The notes: generated by a model from the sequence alone, not told the origin. A DNA stretch of 15,027 bases from an uncultured archaeon (GCA_964525635.1 CAZGJX010000100.1:1-15027); one strand, 5' to 3'. Positions 1 to 9,544 are shown, numbered from the stretch's first letter. Numbers and translations are program-made.

Positions 1-68
1 AACATTTTTCTTCACTGACTATGGAAGAAAAAGAAATTTTAAAATCAGAATTACTTGATTTGATATAA
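1..68 (+). CDS. 3' end of a small hypothetical protein (partial), paralog of 7214..7378
   Basis: Frame 3 reads HFSSLTMEEKEILKSELLDLI* with TAA at 66-68. It is 65/68 nt identical to the reverse complement of 7214-7281. Confidence 0.75.
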   Translation, partial: HFSSLTMEEKEILKSELLDLI

Positions 69-99
69 ATATATTTAAAAATAAAAAAAAGTGTGATAT

Positions 100-309
100 A
101 TGAGTTTATATATGTATGATGAATGTGAAGAAGAGATTAAGAAATACATTGATTTTGATAAAAATAGTAGCGAATTATATAATAACTACTATTTAAATAA
201 TCAAAAAATTGTATTAAAAATACCAATTAAGAAATATGGGAAAATTGATGTTATTCCAGAAATAGATAAATTTCAGATAGAAAACAGTGTATTTATAACA
301 TCATATTAG
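100..309 (+). CDS. hypothetical protein, 69 aa
   Basis: ORF with ATG and an SD-like GTGTGA just upstream. No recognisable motif. Confidence 0.5.
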   Translation: MSLYMYDECEEEIKKYIDFDKNSSELYNNYYLNNQKIVLKIPIKKYGKIDVIPEIDKFQIENSVFITSY

Positions 310-389
310 AAATTCTTTAATATTTCTTAGCTTTAGTTATTCCTCAATTCTTTTTAGACAATTTAAATAGAAATTAATTATTAAAAAAA

Positions 390-1316
390 TTACTTGTTTT
401 TTAATAAACTCCGTAAATAATTACAATAATTAGAAGTTATTTTTCCTCTGTAGTATGGATTTTTTCCAGTAGTTTTACGAAAGCTAATATTTGTTTTCAT
501 TTTCCAATTTTTAAATGATTTTGTTTCTGATGATCCCCATATGGCTTTCTTATCTGTTAATTCTTCAAATGTTATAATTTCTAAATTAATCTCCTTGTCT
601 ACCTTTTTATCTTTATTTTTAGATTTTAGATTCAGTAAGTAATTACGATAATTGGAAGTTATTTTTCCTCTATAGTATGGATTTTTTCCAGTAGTTTTAC
701 GAAAGTTAATATTTGTTTTTATTTTCCATTTTTTAAATGATATTGTTTCTGATGATCCCCATATAGCTTTCTTATCTGTTAATTCTTCAAATGTTATAAT
801 TTCTAAATTAATCTCCTTGTCTACCTTGCAAGCCTTATTTTCAAATTTTTGAATAATTCTCTTTTTTTGATTAAAAAATTCTATAATATCTTTGGAATTT
901 AATATTTGACCAGAAGAGTTGGTAAAATATGGACTATCTATACTATTCACTTGTATAGAAAAATCGAAAGTTCCTGCATATTTTATATCTGGACCAAAAT
1001 ATTTAGCTAATATAATAATAACATTATCTTCTTTTGAGAGATTCAGGTGATCACTTATTAATCCATCAGATTGGTAAAATGAAACTATATTAAAATCATC
1101 TATTTTATCTATAATTTTTAATTTGTGTATATCATTTATTTTTTGACTATACTCAGATTTAATTAAACCATTAATCTTAACATCCAAAGCTACCATAACA
1201 TATCCTATATTTGGTTTTAGTGTTTTTTTAATGATTTTTTTTAAAAATCTCTTAATTATTTGCCATTTTGATTTTTGTGCTATTGCAAAAATCTCTTTAG
1301 TATCTATCTTTTCCAA
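390..1316 (-). CDS. hypothetical protein with a C-terminal 74-aa tandem duplication
   Basis: 308-aa ORF, TTG start with GAGG upstream, T-run after the stop. Two copies of KVDKEINLEIITFEELTDKKAIWGSSET...TGKNPYYRGKITSNY. Confidence 0.8.
   Translation of the reverse strand: MEKIDTKEIFAIAQKSKWQIIKRFLKKIIKKTLKPNIGYVMVALDVKINGLIKSEYSQKINDIHKLKIIDKIDDFNIVSFYQSDGLISDHLNLSKEDNVIIILAKYFGPDIKYAGTFDFSIQVNSIDSPYFTNSSGQILNSKDIIEFFNQKKRIIQKFENKACKVDKEINLEIITFEELTDKKAIWGSSETISFKKWKIKTNINFRKTTGKNPYYRGKITSNYRNYLLNLKSKNKDKKVDKEINLEIITFEELTDKKAIWGSSETKSFKNWKMKTNISFRKTTGKNPYYRGKITSNYCNYLRSLLKNK
411..827. repeat. intragenic tandem repeat, 222-bp period, 2 copies
   Basis: About 411-605 aligns to about 633-827 with roughly 10 substitutions and no indels by manual alignment. 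Confidence 0.92.
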
Positions 1317-1538
1317 AATTAAAAACCTCGTAATATAAATAGAAATTATTTAAGAAGATTTATTTGATGAATTATAATGTTAACATTTTGTTAGTATGAA
1401 AATAAACTGGCAATATTAATGAAATAGCAAATAAAATTTAAATTTAGTGTGATAAATATTTCTAATTTATATAATCATTAAAGCCCACCAAAATTTAATT
1501 GAGAATAGTTGATTAATTCTATTTTGGAGTAAAATTAC

Positions 1539-1946
1539 TTAACTTTTGGCTTCATTCTTTTCTAATTCCTTCTTATCTTTTTCCAATTGTTTAATTTCTT
1601 TTAGCACAATTTTCTTTTTAGTTTTTTCTTCCTTATTAATAGCTTTTATTTTCACTGAAAATTCTTTATCCTTTTGTTTTTTTAGATTAGTTATGTCTTT
1701 TGTTAAATTTTTGGTGGAGATAGTCAATGTTTTTACTTTTTCAGTCCATTTAATTTTTTTTTGAATAGCTTCTTTAAGATCTGATAGTTCTGACTTTAGT
1801 TTATCACTTATATTACTAATTTGATTATCATATCTCTCCTTAACTTCATCCTTAGCAGAAAAAAAATTATTTTGTGCTTCTTCTTCAAGACGACTTATTT
1901 CATCTTTTTTTGCCATAATCTGGCCGTTTATAAGTTCTTTTGACAT
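1539..1946 (-). CDS. K/E-rich coiled-coil hypothetical protein, 135 aa
   Basis: Proline-free, highly charged sequence with heptad-like hydrophobic spacing. Confidence 0.75.
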   Translation of the reverse strand: MSKELINGQIMAKKDEISRLEEEAQNNFFSAKDEVKERYDNQISNISDKLKSELSDLKEAIQKKIKWTEKVKTLTISTKNLTKDITNLKKQKDKEFSVKIKAINKEEKTKKKIVLKEIKQLEKDKKELEKNEAKS

Positions 1947-2109
1947 TTTTTTTACAACAACTATTTATATAATTTTTAGATATGATTATATTATCATTTG
2001 GCAATATTTAAATATTAGTACGTGGTAATATTATTATATGTTAATAAAAATAAATTAAAAATGAATCTAAATTTAGAATATTTATAATTCTAATTAAAAA
2101 AGATTTAAT

Positions 2110-2448
2110 TTGATCATGAGCATCAATGTGTTGAGAATGACATCTAATTTATTTAAATTATTAGGAGATGTTGGTATCTTAAATATAATTTTATTATTAA
2201 AAAATCAAGAGAAGTCTTTCCAAGTAATTCAAGATGATCTAAATATAACACAATCTCATCTCTCTCATTTAATGAAAAAATTAATTGATTCAAATATTGT
2301 AATTGTTCGAAGAGACCAAAGAAAAAAAATTTATAGTATTAAAAATCATGGTATATTTAAAATTCTAAAGGAAACAAAAATTTTTCTAACAGAATTACAA
2401 AAAGAAAAAATTGAGGATTTAAAAGATTTTAGTCTTTTTGAACTTTAA
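2110..2448 (+). CDS. ArsR/SmtB-family winged-HTH transcriptional regulator
   Basis: FKLLGD...IILLL...IQDDLNITQSHLSHLMKKLIDSNIVIVRRDQRKKIYSI fits the ArsR HTH plus wing pattern. The start may be the ATG at 2116. Confidence 0.85.
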   Translation: MIMSINVLRMTSNLFKLLGDVGILNIILLLKNQEKSFQVIQDDLNITQSHLSHLMKKLIDSNIVIVRRDQRKKIYSIKNHGIFKILKETKIFLTELQKEKIEDLKDFSLFEL

Positions 2449-2567
2449 ATTGTATTAATTATTTTCAAGAAAATTATATTCAATAGAAGCTATTTAGATT
2501 TATTTTTAGAAAATTAATATAGAATATAATAAATATCTACTTAAAACAGTCTTTTGAGATAAAAAAA

Positions 2568-4781
2568 ATGAATGAGAACATACAAAATAGAAGATTAATA
2601 ATTATATCAAATAGATTACCTGTTTCTGTATCTATTGAGAAGGATGAATTAGTATATAATAGAAGTCTTGGAGGTTTAGCCATAGGTCTTGATTCATTCC
2701 ATAAAAATCATAATAGTATATGGATAGGATGGCCGGGTATTACATCAGAATTAATTGAAAACCATAAAAAAAACATTAAAAATCATTTAATTAATATATT
2801 TGATTGTTATCCTATATTTCTTACTCAAGAAGAAAGAGAGAAATATTATGAAGGATTTTGTAATAAGACAGTTTGGCCTCTCTTTCATTATTTCAGAGAA
2901 AATAGCACATTTGATGATAATTTATGGAATGTATATAAAGATGTTAACAAAAAATTTTATGAAATAATCATAGAAGTTAGCAAACCAAATGATATCATAT
3001 GGATCCAAGATTATCATCTCATGTTATTACCTAAATTAATTAGAGATCATTTTCCAAATGCAACTATTGGTTTTTTTTTGCATATTCCTTTTCCTTCTTA
3101 TGAATTATTTAGATTATTACCATGGAGAGAGGATATCCTCAAAGGTCTATTGGGTTCTGATTTAATTGGATTTCATACATATGATTATGAAAGACATTTT
3201 TTAAGTAGTGTTCATAAATTATTACATCTTGATTATACCATGAATCAACTACTTTTTCAGGGAAGAACAATCAAAATTGATTGTTTTCCAATGGGTATTG
3301 ATTATGATAGGTATAATAACAAAGCTAAAGAGTCTGGAACGAAAAATGAATTAAAAAGAATACGTGAAGAAATAGGAGATAAAAAAGTAATTTTATCAGT
3401 AGATCGAATGGATTATACAAAAGGAATTTTACAAAGATTAGATGCTTATGAATGTTTTTTAAATACTTATCCTGAATATAGAGAAAAGATCATTTTGATT
3501 TTTATTATAGCACCCTCTCGCTCAAAAGTAGAAGAATATCAAGATTTAAAAAAAGAGATTGATGAAATAGTGGGTAAAATAAATGGAAAATTTGGTAAAA
3601 TCGAATGGAATCCAATACAATATATATATCGCCCACTAAATCTTGATCAACTAGTTGTTTTTTATTTAATTTCAGATATAATTCTTATCACTCCAATACG
3701 AGATGGTATGAATCTTATTGTAAAAGAATATATTGCTTCAAAAATAGACAATAAAGGAGTACTTATTTTAAGTGAAACTACTGGAGCAGCAAAACAACTA
3801 TATGAAGCAATTATTGTTAATACAAATAATAAGAAACAGATTATAGATGCAATAAAAGAAGCATTAGAGATGCCTGAAATAGAACAAATTGAAAGAATGA
3901 AAGCTATGAAAAAAAGAATTAAAAATTACAATGTAACTGAATGGGCAGAAGATATAATTGAAAGTCTGATTCAAGTAAAAACAATTCCACAAGATAAATC
4001 TTTACGATTTTTAACAACTCAAAAAAAAGAAGAATTAATTTTAAAGTATAAAAATAGTAATAAACGATTAATATTTTTAGATTATGATGGAACATTAATA
4101 AAATTCTACAGAAATCCTAAAAATGCGAAACCAAATGATAGAATTTTATCTATAGTAAAGGATCTTGTTTCTGATAGCAGTAATATAATTTTTATAATAA
4201 GTGGAAGAGATAAACAGACTCTTTCTAAATGGTTTAAGGGTATAAACATTAATTTAGTAGCTGAACATGGATTATGGACAAAAAATCATGATGATCAATG
4301 GAAGACAATAGAATATCTTAATAATAATTGGAAAGATCAAATAAGACCTGTGTTAAGGAGATATGTCAACAGAACACCAGGATCTTTTATAGAAGAAAAA
4401 GAATTCTGTTTAGTTTGGCATTATCGAAATGTAGAATCCGATTTATCTAATATTAGATCGAAGGAATTAGTCAATTTACTTGAAAATCTTACTTCTAATG
4501 AAGAATTAACAATTCTTGAAGGAAATAAAGTTGTAGAAATAAAGAATTCTGATATAAATAAAGGTAAAGCTATCTCTCGTATTATAACTAATAATGTCTC
4601 TGATTTTACTTTGATTATAGGAGATGATACTACTGATGAAGATATGTTTGAAGTGGGATTAACTATTGATAATGCTTTTTCAATAAAAGTGGGGTATGAT
4701 AGAACTAAAGCACATTATAATCTTTTTTCGGTAGATGAATGTCTTAAATTATTGGAAGATTTAAATTCAATTAATAAATAA
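2568..4781 (+). CDS. otsAB: bifunctional trehalose-6-phosphate synthase/phosphatase (GT20 + HAD fusion, OtsA-OtsB/TPSP)
   Basis: GT20 motifs SNRLP, GGLA, WIGWPG, WPLFHY, QDYHL, HIPFP, VDRMDYTKG and RDGMNL. HAD motifs FLDYDGTL, ISGR, AEHG, LVWHYR and IGDDTTDEDMF. Confidence 0.96.
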   Translation: MNENIQNRRLIIISNRLPVSVSIEKDELVYNRSLGGLAIGLDSFHKNHNSIWIGWPGITSELIENHKKNIKNHLINIFDCYPIFLTQEEREKYYEGFCNKTVWPLFHYFRENSTFDDNLWNVYKDVNKKFYEIIIEVSKPNDIIWIQDYHLMLLPKLIRDHFPNATIGFFLHIPFPSYELFRLLPWREDILKGLLGSDLIGFHTYDYERHFLSSVHKLLHLDYTMNQLLFQGRTIKIDCFPMGIDYDRYNNKAKESGTKNELKRIREEIGDKKVILSVDRMDYTKGILQRLDAYECFLNTYPEYREKIILIFIIAPSRSKVEEYQDLKKEIDEIVGKINGKFGKIEWNPIQYIYRPLNLDQLVVFYLISDIILITPIRDGMNLIVKEYIASKIDNKGVLILSETTGAAKQLYEAIIVNTNNKKQIIDAIKEALEMPEIEQIERMKAMKKRIKNYNVTEWAEDIIESLIQVKTIPQDKSLRFLTTQKKEELILKYKNSNKRLIFLDYDGTLIKFYRNPKNAKPNDRILSIVKDLVSDSSNIIFIISGRDKQTLSKWFKGININLVAEHGLWTKNHDDQWKTIEYLNNNWKDQIRPVLRRYVNRTPGSFIEEKEFCLVWHYRNVESDLSNIRSKELVNLLENLTSNEELTILEGNKVVEIKNSDINKGKAISRIITNNVSDFTLIIGDDTTDEDMFEVGLTIDNAFSIKVGYDRTKAHYNLFSVDECLKLLEDLNSINK

Positions 4782-4813
4782 CATAATATATATAAATTTA
4801 AAAAATAAAATGA

Positions 4814-6031
4814 TTGAGTATGATGGAGAGTTTATTAGATCAATTTTCTGAAATCATTGATTATCAATATATTCATGATTTATTTGAATTATCAAGACCT
4901 TTAACTCATAAAAAAATTGTTCATATCAATTCGACAATATATGGTGGAGGTGTTGCAGAAATTTTAAATGATTTAATTATTTTGATGAATGAACTTGGGA
5001 TCAAAACAGAATGGCACCAAATTAAAGGATCAATAGAATTTTTTCAAATAACTAAAAAAATTCATAATACTCTACAAGGAGCGAAAGAAGATTTAACAAA
5101 TCATGAAAAAAGAGTATATATAGATATGAATCGAAAGAATTCAGTTTATAATCATATTGACAATATTGATTGTATAATAATCCATGATCCACAGCCTTTA
5201 CCTATTATTAATTTCTATGAAAAACGTCAACCTTGGATTTGGAGATGTCATATAGATATAACTTCTAAATATCATCCTAATTGGGAATTTCTAAAATCAA
5301 TGCTTAACCTATATGATGGAATGATTGTTTCTATGGAAAAATATAAACAAGATATTAACCTTCCACAAGAAATTATAATGCCATCAATCAATCCTTTTAA
5401 TAATAAAAATAGATTGTTAGAAGAAAAAGAAATAGAAACAATACTAAAAGAATATGAGATTCCAATTGATAAACCGATTATATCTCAAGTCTCTCGGTTT
5501 GATAAATGGAAAGATCCTATTGGAGTTGTTAATGCTTTTAAAATAATTAGAAAAGAATTTGATTGTAGACTTGTTTTATTAGGAAATATGGCACAAGATG
5601 ATCCTGAAGGATTTGAAATTTACAATGAACTAATTCAAATTGTTGAAGATAATCCAGATATTCATATTATTACTGCCGAAAATAGTATATTAGTAAATGC
5701 ATTGCAAAGAGCTTCTGAAGTTGTAATACAAAAATCAATTAGAGAAGGTTTTGGATTAACAGTTACCGAAGCATTATGGAAAGAAACACCTGTAGTTGGT
5801 GGAAATGTTGGCGGAATTCCTCTTTAAATTATTGATGGAAAAACAGGATATTTAGTCAATAATATTGATGAATGTGCTAAACGAGTTCTAAAAATTTTAA
5901 GAAATCCGAATTTAGGTAAAAAATTAGGGAAAACTGGAAAAGAACATGTAAAAAAGAACTTCTTAATCATAAGACATCTTAAGGACTATATTAATTTACT
6001 AAAAAGATACATCATTCATTATAAAACTTAA
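4814..6031 (+). pseudogene. treT: TreT-like trehalose synthase (GT4 glycosyltransferase) with an in-frame TAA at 5825-5827
   Basis: Motifs HINSTIYGGGVAEIL, IHDPQP, WIWRCHID, QVSRFDKWKDP and QKSIREGFGLTVTEALWK. The same frame continues past the stop as GGIPL*IIDGKTGYLV...GKEHVKKNFLIIRHLKDY to TAA at 6029-6031, giving 405 codons. Confidence 0.88.
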
Positions 6032-6081
6032 TTTAAAAATTAATTTACTCTTATTAAATATTTCATACATTTATTTTAATA

Positions 6082-6546
6082 TTATTTAAGAATTAAAATA
6101 TCACATGAAATATCTTTTAAAATTTTTTGAGTAGGTGAATTATTAAGTAATTTTCTTAATTTTGAACACTTTTCTTTATAACTTAGAATTACTAAATTAT
6201 TATTCTTTATTTTTAAATCGTCTTTCAAATAATTTTTAGGTGGTTTATTTAAAAGTAGTTTTGTTTTAATCTTTAATCCTTGAGACTTAAATATTTCATG
6301 AAGTGTATTTAAACTTTTAATTGCTTTATTTTTTAAAAATATTCTTATTTTTTTATATGATCTTCCAAGAAAACAACACCCATAGGAAGTTATTGGTGAA
6401 ATCATATTAATAGGATTAACATAATCCACAATAAAATATACTACAATAACTTCGCTCATGAATTGTTTTTGAATTTCAATTATTTTTTCTGCAAAATATA
6501 TAAAATCCGTAGTTTCATTAATTAATACTATAACTTTACTATAAAT
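6082..6546 (-). CDS. universal stress protein (UspA-like), divergent; probable ATT start at 6546
   Basis: The frame is open upstream of the listed ATG and reads IYSKVIVLINE...SEVIVVYFIVD, matching USP beta1-alpha1-beta2. GGTGGA lies 5 nt before the ATT. The C-terminus NLVILS...NSPTQKILKDISCDILILK is USP-like. Confidence 0.7.
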   Translation of the reverse strand: MYSKVIVLINETTDFIYFAEKIIEIQKQFMSEVIVVYFIVDYVNPINMISPITSYGCCFLGRSYKKIRIFLKNKAIKSLNTLHEIFKSQGLKIKTKLLLNKPPKNYLKDDLKIKNNNLVILSYKEKCSKLRKLLNNSPTQKILKDISCDILILK

Positions 6547-6602
6547 AATTATCCACCAATTTAAAAATATAATTAAGTTAAATATTTATACTGATTTCTC
6601 CT

Positions 6603-7178
6603 TTATTTTCTTTTGATTAATAAATACTTCATTTTGTTAATCATGTTATTTGATATTCTTGTTCTATTATTAATTATTTTTAGATTCATGGAATCAAATA
6701 ATCTATTAATTTCAATATTATCAGAATATTTAATTATGCAAAGATACCCTTTTCTTTTTAATAGATGAATATAAATAAATTGTATTGAGTGCTTGATTTT
6801 GGTTATATTTTGAGAATAATTATGGAGATTTAATATTATTATTAAATCAAATCTATTATATTTTAAAGTAAAATCAAATAAGGATTTACCTTTAAAAATT
6901 TCAAGAATAGAAGTTACATAATTCTCTTTTGATCCAAATTGTTTCTCAAAATTTATTAAATCTTTATCAATTGGACTTGTAATGTAATGATAAGCTTCAG
7001 GAAAGATTTTATTTAATCTCTTAAATACATTATTGGGTTTTCTCCCTATCAATAATATTTTTTTTATTTTACTTTTATTTTTTTTCTTAATATCTTCCAA
7101 GGAATTCAATATGGAATCATTTAATAATATCTGATTTTTATTAAAAGACTCATTTTCTTCTTTTAAGTTGGAATTCAA
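6603..7178 (-). CDS. degenerate class I SAM-methyltransferase-like protein
   Basis: KKILLIG (beta1, lacking the GxGxG motif), FDLIII (motif IV-like) and LLKRKGYLCI (LKPGG-like). TTG start with GGTGA SD. Confidence 0.5.
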   Translation of the reverse strand: MNSNLKEENESFNKNQILLNDSILNSLEDIKKKNKSKIKKILLIGRKPNNVFKRLNKIFPEAYHYITSPIDKDLINFEKQFGSKENYVTSILEIFKGKSLFDFTLKYNRFDLIIILNLHNYSQNITKIKHSIQFIYIHLLKRKGYLCIIKYSDNIEINRLFDSMNLKIINNRTRISNNMINKMKYLLIKRK

Positions 7179-7213
7179 TTATTTAAATCACCTTTTTTTT
7201 ATTTTTTAATCTA

Positions 7214-7378
7214 TTATACCAAATCAAGTAATTCTGATTTTAAAATTTCTTTTTCTTCCATAGTTAGTGAAAAAAAATGTTTTGTCTTTTCTCCTCTAAA
7301 TAATATTTTTTTTCCTTTTATGATAGGAATTGAATTTTCTAATTTTGCTCTATCTTCATTTATATCATTATCCTGCAT
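7214..7378 (-). CDS. small hypothetical protein, 54 aa (not in ORF track)
   Basis: MQDNDINEDRAKLENSIPIIKGKKILFRGEKTKHFFSLTMEEKEILKSELLDLV followed by TAA TAG. Strong SD GAGGTGA upstream and a second copy at the window start. Confidence 0.8.
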   Translation of the reverse strand: MQDNDINEDRAKLENSIPIIKGKKILFRGEKTKHFFSLTMEEKEILKSELLDLV

Positions 7379-7757
7379 TTTTATTTCACCTCTTTTTTTT
7401 AAATCAGAAATATAACTTAAGTTATAGAAATCTCATCTTATAAGAGTTATTAATTTAAAAACTAATATTTCTAAGATATTTATGTATAGAACTCGAATTT
7501 ATTCAATAATTTAGTCGTATTCTTGTAATAAATATAATATTAAATCTTTTGACAATAAGCTTTATTATTATCTAAGACAAATATATTAGGATCTCAAGCA
7601 TTTATTTATGTCAAATCATATTTAATTCCACAATATAATAATCATTTAAAATATTTAAGTATTTCACATATTGGAATCAATTTTCTGATTTTACTAATAT
7701 ATCGTTTCAATATTACACTTTCCCCTATTTTTTATTTAATTATTCAAAATTATAATT

Positions 7758-7886
7758 TCAAAAATTAAAGCTATTTTTTTTATTATTATATATTTCTCTT
7801 CCATATAATGATTCTATCCATTGATAAGATTTCAATTTGGTTAGGATATATATAAAGATCCCCAAATCAAAAATGACTAATTTCAT
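7758..7886 (-). pseudogene. possible N-terminal remnant of a HAD-family hydrolase
   Basis: 42-codon ORF beginning MKLVIFDLG, which resembles HAD motif I. Nothing recognisable follows. Confidence 0.25.
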
Positions 7887-8062
7887 ATATCAACTAAATT
7901 CTTTCAAAAATAAAATATTCTTTTAGTAATTAGATGGAAAATCTACTTTTTTTAATGGAATTTAGGATTGAAATTTAGATTTCACGCTAATAAATATGAT
8001 TAGAGATAATATTAGGATATTATTTTTTTCATTCTAAACATTTTTTAATATTTATTCTATAA

Positions 8063-8266
8063 CTAATCTTCTTTCCTTCTTATATTCCTATATAAAGATA
8101 TTCCCGCCAAAATTGTTACTATTGAAGTAATAAAAACCATTACATAACCTATTTTCATAATTTTCTCATGCCAACCTTGATACTCAGTATATAATATAGA
8201 TTCTTGAACAATTTCTATAATTAAATAAATATAATAAAATAACAACATTAAAAATATCGCCAGCAT
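8063..8266 (-). CDS. small membrane protein with 2 predicted TM helices (possibly a gene fragment)
   Basis: Two hydrophobic stretches and a basic C-terminal tail. No clear SD. Confidence 0.5.
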   Translation of the reverse strand: MLAIFLMLLFYYIYLIIEIVQESILYTEYQGWHEKIMKIGYVMVFITSIVTILAGISLYRNIRRKED

Positions 8267-8338
8267 GATTAATGTTCCAATTTTGTCGATATAGTATCAA
8301 TGCAATTATAAGAAATTATTATTACTCTTTATAAAATC

Positions 8339-9544
8339 CTACTTATTGGTCGTATTAATTCGTTTAATTACTTCCATACATGCTCTTGCGTTATGATAGG
8401 GCGTTTTCCAGAAATTTATTATATCATCTTCAACTACTATACTATTAAATTTATCAATTCTACCATTCCATTCACCATATTCACTATTAATCACATATTT
8501 TTTTATAAAATCCCAGAGTTTCAATGTATTTTCTAAATATTTTTCACTTCCAGCTACTTGCCACGCATTTACTAATCCAACCAAGGCTTCCGCTTGAGAC
8601 CACCAATGTTTATCACGATCCAACTTCCCAGTGTTATTATCATATTCATAGAAAATAGATCCATCTTCATCTATACCTTCCTTTATTGTAATATCGACCA
8701 TTTTAATAGAAATCTTTTTTACTTCTTTCAATAATTCTTTATCCCCAAGAGAATCAGCAGCTTCAGTGAGTAACCATGAACCTTCAATATCATGACCATA
8801 TGAAACCTTAGAGGATTTAACTGTCCAATCATAATCAAAAAAGAGGTTAAAATGTAATGATTTAGGATCAAGAATTTTATTCAAGAAAATCTGAACTAAA
8901 TTTTTAAGCTGTTTACCTAAAATCTCATCTTTCCAAACGTGATATAGATTAATATAGGGTTCTAAAATATGTAAATGAGTATTCATAGTTTTTGGTTCAT
9001 TAGGTTCTTTATCGCTAAGATGCATATCTTCTAAATTATGCCATTGTCTATCCAAAGCTTCGATATAACCCCCATTTGATTTATCAAAACTATGATTTTC
9101 TATTAATCTAAAAATTTCTTGAGCTTGATGAAGGCTTTTAATATTACCACTTGCTTTATAATATTCTGAAAAACCATATATACCAAAACCTTGGGCATAA
9201 ATCTGTTTTCGAGTGTTTATATGATGTCCAAGATGATCCAGTTCCCAATAAAGCCCACCATATTCTTTATCAATAAAATAATCAATTAGATATTCATAAG
9301 CTCTATTCGCTATGTTTAGTAATTCTTCTCGTTTTAATAAATTATATGCTGCAGAAAAGGTCCAAAGTATACGGGCATTAAGTATCCCTCCTTTTGAAGA
9401 ATCTTTAATTATTCTATTATTATGATCGATCTTACCATAGAATCCTCCATGTTCATAATCTAAAGAAAATTTCTGCCAATATTCCAATATTTTATCTAAT
9501 GCCCGGTCTAGTTCTGAATTTAACTCTGCTAATTTTTTCTCCAT
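8339..9544 (-). CDS. cellobiose 2-epimerase (AGE/N-acylglucosamine 2-epimerase superfamily)
   Basis: Motifs D.EHGGFYG, KGGILNARILWTFS, RKQIYAQGF.IYG, KTMNTHLHILE, SYGHDIEGSWLL, WWSQAEA and FWKTPYHNARAC. All three conserved His-containing motifs are present. Confidence 0.92.
   Translation of the reverse strand: MEKKLAELNSELDRALDKILEYWQKFSLDYEHGGFYGKIDHNNRIIKDSSKGGILNARILWTFSAAYNLLKREELLNIANRAYEYLIDYFIDKEYGGLYWELDHLGHHINTRKQIYAQGFGIYGFSEYYKASGNIKSLHQAQEIFRLIENHSFDKSNGGYIEALDRQWHNLEDMHLSDKEPNEPKTMNTHLHILEPYINLYHVWKDEILGKQLKNLVQIFLNKILDPKSLHFNLFFDYDWTVKSSKVSYGHDIEGSWLLTEAADSLGDKELLKEVKKISIKMVDITIKEGIDEDGSIFYEYDNNTGKLDRDKHWWSQAEALVGLVNAWQVAGSEKYLENTLKLWDFIKKYVINSEYGEWNGRIDKFNSIVVEDDIINFWKTPYHNARACMEVIKRINTTNK

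Noticed and set aside
411-827. Diversity-generating retroelement TR/VR pair
   Set aside because: The mismatches are mostly C/T and G/A transitions in both directions rather than adenine-specific. Both copies are in-frame in one gene and there is no reverse transcriptase in the window.
1546-1764. 72-aa + strand ORF in the ORF track
   Set aside because: It lies antisense within the coiled-coil gene 1539-1946. Its F/S/L-rich composition is the expected shadow of K/E codons.
1982-2077. Palindromes near the ArsR promoter (ATGATTATATTATCAT, AATATTTAAATATT, TCTAAATTTAGA)
   Set aside because: They are almost purely A/T in a very AT-rich spacer and are expected by chance. They are plausible operators but cannot be supported from the sequence alone.
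5825-5827. Genetic-code reassignment of TAA to Gln
   Set aside because: Most well-supported genes here (ArsR, TPSP, CE, longin-like) end in TAA at their expected C-termini. One case is better explained by mutation or error.
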